A model generated the notes under the pieces. It ran no database searches and was not told the DNA's origin. It saw only the letters and a program-made list of their open reading frames with translations. Positions 1 through 10,792 of a stretch of DNA of 20,000 nt are shown one piece after another (positions within the stretch are counted from its first letter, which is position 1; every line of letters begins with the position of its first letter). This DNA comes from Rotaria socialis (taxonomy: Eukaryota): NCBI GenBank assembly GCA_905331295.1, contig CAJNYD010000203.1:44359-64358 (forward strand), in the 5' to 3' direction. The translations under genes and the position numbers were made by a program.

Positions 1-2114
1 TGATTGTGCAGATGGCTCTGATGAGCTCGATTGCAGTAAGTATTTTATGAATAATCCTAATCAAGGAACCAGTTATTTACTTCACTAAATCCTTTACCAA
101 CAGCTACAGCTGCTTCTGCTACATCTGCTGACACTAATGCTTTTGCTCAAACTACACAGTCAAGTGGCAATGAAATCGAACGTGCCAATGTTCCTGAAGG
201 AACAACTGATATAACTGAAGCTACTCTTCCACATATAACTATTCTCGATCGAGAAACTGTGGCAGCAGGTGTGATTTCGATCGAGAACATAAATATTGAA
301 TTGCATGTTATCATGTTTTGAAGTTCATTTTAATGCCTGTTTTTTCTTAATTATTTACGAATATTATTAGATAATCAACTGAGTTTTCTTATTCTTTCTT
401 TGTTTTAGCTACTGCAGAAACAACTGTTAACGGTAAGTTTTATATATGATTTCTTCAAATACTTTCTTTTCTAACCATATAAACAGAAGCACTTTTTATA
501 TCGCTATAAAAATTCTTGCTTTTTCTCACTATAACATCTTTGCTACTTATCCTCTGCATACATAGACGGTGTAAGCGCAGGCACTACTCAAGGATCAAAT
601 GCCAAAGACGCACAATCAACAGAAGCTGCTGCTGATGGTACTACCGCAGCCTTGCCACAAGGAACTACTGCTGAAGCTGCCGGTGCCACCACGGGCGCCG
701 CTGTTGTAGCTGATGCGACCACAGGCGCTGATGCTGATGCTACCACAGGAGCTGCTGCTGCTGCTGCTACTGATGCCGATGCTACTACAGGAGCTGATGC
801 TGCTGCTGCTACCACAGGAGCTGCTGATGCCGATGCTACTACAGGAGCTGCTGCTGCAGACGCTACCACAGGAGCTGTTGATGCCGATGCTACAACAGCT
901 GCTGCAGATGCTGCTACAGATGGTACAGCTGCTACTGATGCCGCTGAATCAGCTACAACTGAAGCAGCTGAAGGTGGTGCTACTGCTGCTACAGTAGAAT
1001 CCGCTACTGGAAATACTGAAGCTGTAGAAGGATCCGAAACAACGAATGCCGGTAATACTGATGCATCAACTGGTGGAGATGATTTAACATCAGCTAAACC
1101 AGGAAATGGCCATGGAAGTGAAGATGAAAGTAGTACAGCCAGTGTTAGCGGAGATACCACAAGTGCTGATGGTGCAACCCATGATGCATCAACTGTTGAA
1201 GCTGTCACCGTAGATCAAGATGGAACAACAAATGTTGCTGATGAAACGACAGCACATGCTGGCTCTGATGCATCAACTGGAAGTGACGCATCATTAACAA
1301 CAGTAATAGGTACCAATATTATAAAATCTGAATTTGGAATGAAATGGTTTGTGCACGAAACTGTCACTTGAATGAAACTACGTTTTCTGTTTATTTAGCT
1401 AATTTGCTTGTTTGCCTGTTTGCTTATTGAATATTTCGAAGCTTTCGAGCTCAATTAAAAGAATAAGTACTTCATTTTCTTTTGTGATTATTTCAGATGC
1501 AGGCGCTGCAGATGGTAAGTTCATCGGAATGTGTAATTTCGAATTGTTCTTTTTTTTGCATGGTTTGGTAAATGTCTGCATATGCATGAATAATAGACTA
1601 TGACGATGAATCTTACGAGAATGATCATGTTCAAACAGCAGCTCCACTGATAAATCCAAAGAATAATAATGATATAGAAAAAGAAAATGCAACTAACAGC
1701 AATTATGTAATAGTGACCACAATCGTAGCTCAACAAGTTGCGAGTCGAACAGCAACAACAACGACAGCAACATTAGATGATGATGTTGAATATTATGACA
1801 TTTCAGAAGAACATAATGTAATTGCAGCTAGTACTACGACTACTAGAAAAACAACAACCACCAGTCGTCGAGTAACAATTGCAGCCACAACAAACAGTGA
1901 TGATGTAGAATATTATGATATTGAAGAGGATGAGATGGTGAAAGAAAATCGAATTCCTATAGAATCATCATATCCAGATGTAACGAGTGAGATCAATATT
2001 CAAATGTCATGTATTATTTCATAATGGTACTCATGCTCACTAATTAACTAGCTTCTTCTTTTAAATGGCACATCATGCCAGATATCGTATCTTATAACAT
2101 TCTCGATTTCTATT

Positions 2115-2154
<40 letters not shown>

Positions 2155-5100
2155 GTAGGGGAAAATAAAAAAAGCATTAGTGCATGCTAATGATTATTAT
2201 GGTTTTGCTTATTGTGCTACTTTGATATTACGTAACGATAAAATAATATTATTTTCTTTCAAATCTAATTTAGATAATGGCACTCACGTCACTGGTGGCG
2301 AGGGTAAGTAATATGAAATTGTTTTTGTATTCTTTTATAAGTTGAGTTTTTTCATTTTTCACTTTTAATAACATAAAATAACACAGTAGAATTATTCATA
2401 CTAAAGAAATATCCAAACTAATTGACAAAATTTTTCTATGAGTTATAATCGTTTTAATATAATATAAATATTTCAAACAACTTTGTTTTATTCCTATTTC
2501 AAAGAAGCAACAACAGTCGCTCCTGAAGAACCACAACCAGGCCCTCGAGTTGAACTTCGTGTTGTTGTTAGTCCAGAACTTCTTCAAGTACAACGTGGTC
2601 AAACCTATGAAATGACTTGTACTGTTTATGGTGCTGATGCAACAACAACCATTTATTGGATTCAAGAAGAACCAGAACGAGTAAGGATAGTTCATTGAAT
2701 GTCTAAGATAAACTAAAGAATAATTTTTAGCGTTATGCTCTCATCGATGGAGCTGAAGAAAGTGATAAACAAGTAACAATGTCACAAGTTTCATTAAAAG
2801 CACGTATTACACTTGATGATCCAAGTAAAATTGGTAAATATACATGTATGGCACAAGATACATATGGCAATAGTGGTGCAGCCATTCTTACTATGGAAGA
2901 AAGTCGTTATACTTATCCAATACCAGTATATCCACCAGTGGCACCTGATCGTATGTATCAAAAAAATGAAAGAAAAAAGAAAATTATTAAAATTCTTTAT
3001 GTTTTCTAGAAAGTGGTGGTGGTCAAGGATATTTACGTATTGTTGCACCTGATATGGTTGAAGGTGATTATATAGAAATTCAATGTGAAGGTGCTACACC
3101 AGAAGACGAAGGACGCATTCAATGGTTCTTTAACAATAGAGTAAGAAAAATTACTACTACCTGAAATAAATGTTTTCTTTGTTTGACCACAGATAAAACG
3201 AATCATAATTAGGATTAACATTCATTTAAATATTTATTCTCTCTTTTTTTTCTTAGCTTCTTAATGATGAACAACCACTTTATCCACGTGGTAAAACTCT
3301 TCATATTCGTCCTATCTCAAGACCTTATTTGGGAAATTATCGTTGTTCAATCCCAGGCAGCAGTTATGCTGATGGCAACAGTGTTCTTACTTTCGGAAGT
3401 AATAATTTTTTGAAAAAACAAAATTCTAAAAGGTTTAATGCGATTTTTATTTTGTTTTAATGGCACAGGTTCACTACCAGGTGGCGCAATCTATCGTAAA
3501 TATCATTATTTATGTTCTTTTGACATACTAAATTTTAAAATAATTTAGCTCCTGGATTTGCTGTAGCAGTTCAAATCGTTCAAGGTCAAACAGCTCCAGG
3601 ACAAGCACAAGAAAATTCACAAGTCATTTTTCAATGTCAACCAAGTGGACAAGCTACTAGTTACAGTTGGACATTCACATCAGTAAAATCAAATTCATTT
3701 TTCAAATCTTCAAATGTTTATGATGTTTCTATCTAGAACCAAGGAGTAGTCAACCGTGGTACCACTGGTCAATTAGTTATTGATAGAGCTAGTGCTCAAG
3801 ATTCAGGCCAGTACATCTGTGAAGCAACCAATGCTCATGGTCAAACAGGACGTGGTTCAGCCAATCTTTATGTCACTTGTATGTTCAATTAGAATAGGAA
3901 AGGTTTTGATTTCTTATATACTGTGCGTTTTGTTCTTCCAAATATAGCTGCTGCTCCTCCTGTACCACCAATTACTGGCCGATGCAGTATTGATGAAGCT
4001 ACTTGCCGTAATGGTCGTTGTATTCCACGTGCATATCTTTATGATGGTAAAAATGATTGTGGTGATAATAGTGATGAAGCTGCGCGTAAGTTTGCTTATT
4101 TTTTTGATTCGACTTTTACTATTGTCATCTATTTCTACTTTTTTTAGCAGGAACTGGAGGTAATAAAAAAATAGGAATTTTAAAGGTAAGAAATAATTCT
4201 TATGATAAATTTAGGTGACGGATGTCAACCAAACGAAATTCGTTGTACGAATGGTGATCGTGGACGAAAATGTGTACAGAAATTTTGGATGTGTGATGGT
4301 GATCGGTAATCTAAATAAATGTGGCTTTGTCATGAAACTCATGTATCCTTTTCGTTCTTTTTTTTGTAGTGATTGTGATGATGGAAGTGATGAAGACCAA
4401 CGTTATTGTGGTATGTAAAAAAAAGCCAAAATTCTCTTCTAAATAATAGTTATATTGTTTCTTTCTATAAAAGAATTACTTCCTCGACAACATTATTGTA
4501 AACCAAGTGAATTTCATTGCGGTGGTTCAAATGCTACAACACCAAATCCAGTTTGCATTCCACGATCATTTCAATGCGATGGTTATAATGATTGTCCTGA
4601 TCGTTCGGACGAAGTCGGCTGTGGTAAGACAAATAAATATTCATAATTATTATCATCTGTTGATTTTATCTATCGTATCTTTAAAGCTAAACCGGTTGTT
4701 GTTGTTGCACCACAACGTCAAATCCAAATTAATGTCGGTCAAACGTTAACGATTCAATGTACAGCTCGTGGTTCACCTGCACCATACATTAATTGGCGTC
4801 TCAATTGGGGTCATGTATGCGGTGATGGTTCCGATAATGGACGATGCTCAATGGCACAAGTTTTAGATGCCAATGATCCAAGTGTTGTTACTGGCACACT
4901 CACTGTTCGCAATGTTAATACTGCCGATGGTGGTGCTTATTCATGTGAAGCACTTAACAATCAAGGCTTTATTTTTGCTATTCCAGATGCCATTGTTGAA
5001 GTTATTATTGGTTAGTATTTTGTTTTGAGAATAGAATAAATTGACAATTGAAAGTTTTCTTCTTTTTTTTCTCTTGGTTTTCTAGAAGACCGTCGTGAAC

Positions 5101-8100
5101 CACCCCGAGCACAACAATGTAATTGTAATGGTCATTCATCCACTTGTTCACCTGATGGACAATGTATTGTATGTATTAGAAATTAAGTACTTAGATTATT
5201 ATTATATTGTTTCGTTTCGTTTATTATTTATTAGAATTGTCAACACAATACTGTTGGTTACAATTGTGAATTCTGTGCTACAGGTTATGAAGGTGATGCT
5301 CGTCGAGGTACACCATATGATTGTCAACCAATTCAAGCCCCACCACCGACTTCACGTAAATATTCATTCGATCTAAAATTGAATTAACTATTTTTTTTAT
5401 TTTGCTTTTCAATAGGTTGTAATCCATCCGGCACACATATGGAACGTGGTGGCCGTTGTATTTGCAAATACAATGTTGAAGGTGACCGATGTGATCAATG
5501 TAAGCGTGCTCACTTCTATTTGAATCCAACAACACCAAATGGTTGTTTACCCTGCTTCTGTTCGGGTGTATCAACTGATTGTACATCATCTGATTGGCGA
5601 CGACAATCTGTAAGTTATTTGTGTGTTACTGTTCACAACTTCTAAAAAAATTCCCATTAGGCGCCACTTGCAATGAGCAACTGGAATGCAGTACCAAAGA
5701 ACTTTGCTAATGACTTGTACGAAGCACGTGATCAAATTCAACAACGTAATGGTGGACGTGAAATATCTCTTGATCAAAGTTCATTAGGTCGTCCAGCTAC
5801 TGAAGTTCTTTACTGGAAGGCACCGAAAGAAGCACTTGGAGATGTTGTTACTTTATATGATGGTAACATTGATGTTCATTTCACTAATGATGGTAACGAT
5901 AATGAAGCACCAAGCAGTGATGAATTTTTATGGTTACGTGGTAATAATATTGATATTGTTCACAAAATTCCACAAACTCAACGATTCAAAGCTAACACAA
6001 ACTCGACTTATTCAGTAGCAGTTAATGAAGTAGGAATATGAAAAAGAAAAGAAATAGAACTAGTAACATTAATTTAATTGAATCTTTTTCTTTTCTAGCG
6101 AACATTCACACGTAAAGATGGTACACACATTGACCGTGAGAATATTCTTATGGCTCTATCTGATTTGGATACATTACTCGTTAAAGTAAATCCAATTGGT
6201 GGCCGACGTAAAGCTGTGTAAGATAATTGGTTTTATGTTCGCTTTAAATTTAAATCTATTTATTTTTTTAAAGTCTTCATGGTATTAATTTGAATGCTGC
6301 TGCTCGTGATGGCTATAGTGATGCAGCACCAACAGTTGAATCGTGTCGTTGCCCAGCTAATTATACTGGTACATCATGCGAAAAATGCGCTGAAGGTTAT
6401 GGTCGTCCACATCCATTAGTTGGTATCTATTTGGGACAATGTTGGTCTTGCCGTTCATTATGTAATGATCGATCAGATCGATGCGATCCAGATAGTGGCA
6501 GATGTATTGTATGTATATTAATACTTAATTATTTTAATGTTTTTCGTTTAAACTATATGACGTCTTTTTTTCTTTAATTATAATAAATAGGATTGCCAAG
6601 CTAACAGCGAAGGTGATCGATGTGAACGATGCCGTGCTGGTTTTATCCTTGATCCACGATTGAATCAATGTGTACGAGATGAGCAATCTGCATCTTGTAA
6701 GAATATAAAAATAAAATTTTTCTTCTCGCAATATACCTTTTTTTTTATTCATTGCTAGATCCAGTGCAACCATCTGGACCTGGTTCACGAGGTGCCTATT
6801 ATCTCGACCAACGACCATATGATGTACGTGGCACAAGTCCAGTAACTATTATTTTGGATGGTAATCTACCAGAACAGCGTCTTCCACTTCAAGTTCTTGT
6901 ATGTGATCAATAGTAGATTTTTCGTTCGTTGTTGCTGTACGCAGGCATTTTCTTTCTATTACATTAGAATACTCAACCACAATCTATTGTATGGGGCCGT
7001 ACCGATGGTAGTTCATTACCTGCCAATGTTGTTCAAGAAGGCAATGATCTTGTTTTCCGTAATCCATCCGCTGAACAAGCTGGAAATTATATTGCCAGTA
7101 TAACTCATCCTGATGGTTTCATTGAACGTATTGCTGTTTACTTAGAATATCGTCCAGGTTAGTTTATCTTGATATAAAGAATTAGTATTCAAATGAGGTT
7201 TTTCTTTTTCTTTTCCTTTTTTTCTTTTAGGTCAACGTCAACCTGGCCCTGGTGCTGCTTATCCATTATTCACACCTGCTAGTCCATTGACAATTGCAGA
7301 AGGTGCCAGTCAATTAATACAACCACAAGGTTTCTATCAACGAGTCTACTGGCGTCGTGATGCTGGTCAATCATTTCCAGCCGGTGTTTATCAAAGCGGA
7401 AATGCCTTACAAATAAACAGTGCACGACCAGATCACTCTGGAACCTACTACTGTGATTTATATGGAAGTGACGGTTCATTAATGTCTATTCCATATGAAG
7501 TTCGTGTTCGAGCTGCTGATCGACCATATGGACCTTCTGGTAACTGAATTGAAAAGAGTTATGATTAATCTAAAAGTATATTCTAATTTTTCTTTCTAAG
7601 GAGGCGCACCAAAAATAACTATTGAACCTAAAACAATTAATTTGAAAGAAGGTCAACGTATGATTGTTCAATATACAGTTAGCGTAAGTTTTAATGTAAT
7701 AAAATTAGAAACTTATGATTTATTTTTCTTATTCATTTAGTCACATGATCCTATTGAAGTTTTCTGGAACAAACGAACAGATCAAGGCTATCAACCAATT
7801 CCATCATTGTTCGCTGTTGAACCAAATCGTCTCGTATTGAATCGTGCAACAACAGATGCAGCTGGTGTCTATCAAGTTGTTGTTCGTAATACACATGGTG
7901 AAGATCGTCAAGAATTACGTATTAATGTTGAGCCACGTCGTGGTCGAGGACGTGATCCACAATCTGGTGCACCACGAATTCGTTTTGCTCAAGATCAATA
8001 TGAAATCAGTGCTGGTGGCAAAGTCGATGTTACACCAACAATTTCGGTAAAAATAAAACTTAGAAAGAAACTCTGATTTTGTTTACTCTAACATTTTGTA

Positions 8101-9596
8101 AACTACATTTAGGGAGCAAGTGGAACAACAGTAACTTGGTCAAAAGATGGTTCAGCTTATTTACCTGATGGTGTTACGGCACGAAGTGATGGAGCATTAT
8201 CTATTGAAGGTCGATCAGGTGATGTTGGTGGACGATATTTACTTGAAGCTACAAACGCTTATGGCACTGTATCGTCACCAGTCACTGTTGTATGGAAAGA
8301 AGCTTGTAAGTATATTATTGAATAATGTTTAATAGTTCTTAACATCATTTCATATGTTATTTAGCTGGCCAATATGGTGGCTATGGTAAGTAATATTAGT
8401 TTTAGTTTTGTTGTTGCTTTGCTTTCAAAACCGAACTGCTTTTCCTTTTGCTTATCAATCATTGCATTAGCAGTCAGGCAAAATCGAAGAGTTCAATGGA
8501 ATGTTCAAAAACTAGATTTGAATGAAGGTCGTCGTCTTGAAGCTGTTTGCCGAAGTTATGCTGATCCATCGACGCTTAGTCTAGATGTTACACGTCATAA
8601 TGGTCGACAACGTGAAGTAGTACCACTTGGTTTAACATTTTCGAATGGTTATCTATCATTGGGTGCTGTTACAAATCAAGACGATGGACTTGAATTTACT
8701 TGTACATCGGGAAATACTTCTGATATCTTAACACTTCATGTTCGCCCATCGAGTACGCTTTGCTTATTCTGCTGATCTTTTTTTTGCATCTGCTTTCTAG
8801 TTTATCTTGTTGTTGTTTTCTCTGCGAAAGCATGCTCTTTTTTTTCGATATTAATTTCCATGTCGATTATTTTTAGGTAATGTTCAAGATGGTGGACGCA
8901 GTTATATTGGTGTTCATTTTGCATCAAGTGATGAACGTAACCATCAAGTTGGACGTGATATCAATCTACAATGTGCAGTTCAAGGAAGTATTGAACGTCC
9001 ATATGAATTTACATTCACAAAAGATGGTCGTCCATTGGAAAATAGTAAAAGAAAATTTATTAAATCTGATAAAAGACAAAAAAAAAACATTGCTTTTCTT
9101 GAATAGATGTTGAAGTACATCCTAATGGTTTATTAATTATTCGTAATGCTCAAGCTGGTGATTCTGGACGTTATCGGTAAAGAAAATAATTCTTTCGTAA
9201 GAAATTTATTATATTATGTATATATTCATTTTAATAGATGTGAAGTTAACTTCCCACGTGCACCACAAGCTGGCGTACAAGAAAGTAGTTATGATCTTCG
9301 AGTTGAAGGTAAAGAATTTTGATTCATTTCATTTCTATTCTATTATTATTATTTCAATTTTTATTTAAGGTGGTCAGGGTTCAGCTGAAAGTCATGATCA
9401 AGGATATCAATATGGTACTGCATACCAAACACCAGCTGAATATATTGAAGCAACCATTGAACCAGCCGAAGCAACTCTTGGCCTTGGTGAAAAAGCTAAT
9501 TTAACATGTCGTGTTAAAGGTGCTCAACAGTATACTGTAACATGGACTAAATATGCACATGATACAGGTTTACCAAATTATGCTCGTGTATGTATT

Positions 9597-9633
<37 letters not shown>

Positions 9634-9833
9634 GAAACGGTCTTTTTCTATTTGAATAGCAACAAGGAAATAGCATTTTATTAGCTCCAACTAATGATTC
9701 ACCACCTGAACAAATGTATTTACAATGTTCAGTACAGGTACCTGGTCAACAACAGCCAATTCTTGCCTATGCACCAGTTACAATTCGTGGTAATGATGAA
9801 TTAATCAAGAAGAAAAAGAAGAGACGTTCGTAG
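1..9833 (+). CDS. HSPG2: Perlecan / basement-membrane heparan sulfate proteoglycan core protein (UNC-52/Trol-like), 5'-partial, 40 exons in window
   Basis: Hand-spliced, all GT-AG and phase-consistent. Exons: 1-35, 104-268, 409-432, 566-1309, 1497-1514, 1597-1986, 2274-2303, 2505-2680, 2731-2950, 3010-3140, 3257-3398, 3469-3495, 3549-3682, 3737-3878, 3948-4085, 4148-4159, 4215-4305, 4370-4410, 4474-4623, 4687-5010, 5086-5168, 5235-5355, 5416-5609, 5661-6029, 6099-6217, 6274-6508, 6591-6696, 6759-6898, 6968-7157, 7231-7539, 7601-7683, 7741-8046, 8113-8305, 8365-8385, 8471-8752, 8877-9044, 9107-9176, 9238-9308, 9370-9587, 9660-9833 (TAG 9831-9833). Diagnostic perlecan Ig after the LDLa repeats: [13 protein letters not shown]...[33 protein letters not shown], followed by [17 protein letters not shown], laminin [25 protein letters not shown]. 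Confidence 0.92.
104..2303 (+). CDS. Perlecan low-complexity Thr/Ala/acidic (mucin-like, domain I-like) region, six phase-1/1 exons
   Basis: Exons 104-268, 409-432, 566-1309, 1497-1514, 1597-1986 and 2274-2303 all have lengths divisible by 3 and good splice sites. They contain ATTGA repeats, an SGD after an acidic run (1147-1155) and DDVEYYDI twice. Confidence 0.75.
685..930 (+). repeat. Degenerate coding tandem repeat (DA)DATTGA(A)n
   Basis: About 8 copies of gc(c/t/g)ac(c/t)acagg-type units separated by variable gct runs; protein [72 protein letters not shown]. Confidence 0.85.
2116..2154. repeat. (ATC)13 microsatellite in intron
   Basis: Perfect atc tandem run. Confidence 0.95.
2505..3878 (+). 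CDS. Perlecan: three Ig-like domains upstream of the LDLa cluster
   Basis: [63 protein letters not shown]. Confidence 0.85.
3948..5010 (+). CDS. Perlecan domain II: three LDL-receptor class A repeats plus the signature Ig
   Basis: [15 protein letters not shown]...[16 protein letters not shown]...[20 protein letters not shown]...C; CKPSEFHC...[23 protein letters not shown]; then the WRLNWGH Ig. Confidence 0.92.
5086..6696 (+). CDS. Perlecan domain III: laminin-EGF repeats with one laminin IV (B) globular domain
   Basis: [81 protein letters not shown]...[34 protein letters not shown]. Confidence 0.92.
6759..9833 (+). CDS. Perlecan domain IV-like: seven divergent Ig-like domains and basic C-terminal tail
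   Basis: Repeated I-set pattern (W/F-x-K/R-x-DG, L-x-I, G-x-Y); ends [20 protein letters not shown]. Confidence 0.85.
9602..9627. repeat. (AT)n microsatellite in last intron
   Basis: atatat run. Confidence 0.9.
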
Positions 9834-10792
9834 ACAGCAAAAAAGATAAATAAACTTGTGTGAAACATCAATACACACTAGTCAACATAATGAACAACAT
9901 TTTATTCTCATTGACATTATCTATTTTCGTAAAAACATCGTTCTCTTTTTCTTCAATTTCAAAATCTATTATAAAAAAAACACATTTTTTTCTTGCTTTG
10001 TAGTTTTTCTTTTATTTGATCGAAATGTTTTAGCATAGTTAGGCTCATCTGTGTGCTTGTGTGAATTGACTTTTTTTTTCTTTACTCGTCGTTTATTCTT
10101 GAGCGTCTTGTAACTGTAACACAGTGTCTTTTTTCACTTAATTGCTAATGCCCAACGGTGTTCTTCTTCTCATTGCTGCTGCTGGTACTGTTGTTGTTTG
10201 TATCTGTTTTTTTTTTGACTAACTATATAAACATGATCTTATAAACAAAATATTGTAAAGTAGTTTTTATTCATATACAAACATTTATTAAATAATTGAC
10301 TTATTGACATATACTTGAATATTTACGTCAAATTATTTTAAAGATAACATCATATGGTGAATGTACGCACTTGAAGCTTCATGAAAACAAAACAATTCGA
10401 TTTAGATGAAATCAAATTTATCTAATGCCTCTAAAGAGTGCCTTGCAGAAAGAAAATATCTGCATAGATCTTGATTTTGGCAAAAAAAAGAAGTAGACGT
10501 TTCTTTGTTCTTCTTGCTTTGGAAAGATAATAAGCGTGTAGGTCATTCTGTGAAGTATTAAAATCTAGTCGGAAAGAAGGGTGATAAATGTTGAGTACAT
10601 TCTGAGTGATTTCATCAATATTTTATCTCAACAAGTTATCGATATTAATTGACTATAAATAGTCATTTTCCTGTATCCCAATTCTTTTAAAATTCTCATT
10701 ATTCAAATCTCAAATAGAACAAATTTTCAAAGAGTTAGCCGTAGTTTTATTTTTTACTCCAAATAATCTTGAAATCAATAGAATCACAAACT

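Noticed and set aside
685..930. Resemblance to (Ala-Ala-Thr)n antifreeze glycoprotein
   Set aside because: No strict tripeptide periodicity, many Asp and Gly residues, and it is an internal exon of perlecan.
588..1208. 206-aa Ala/Val/Ser ORF on minus strand, and the 713-997 Leu/Met-rich ORF
   Set aside because: Antisense and alternate-frame shadows of the GCT/GAT/ACA-rich perlecan exon 566-1309.
9834..10790. Further perlecan (laminin-G) exons or ORF 9856-10038
   Set aside because: T-rich UTR-like sequence with no recognisable coding exons.
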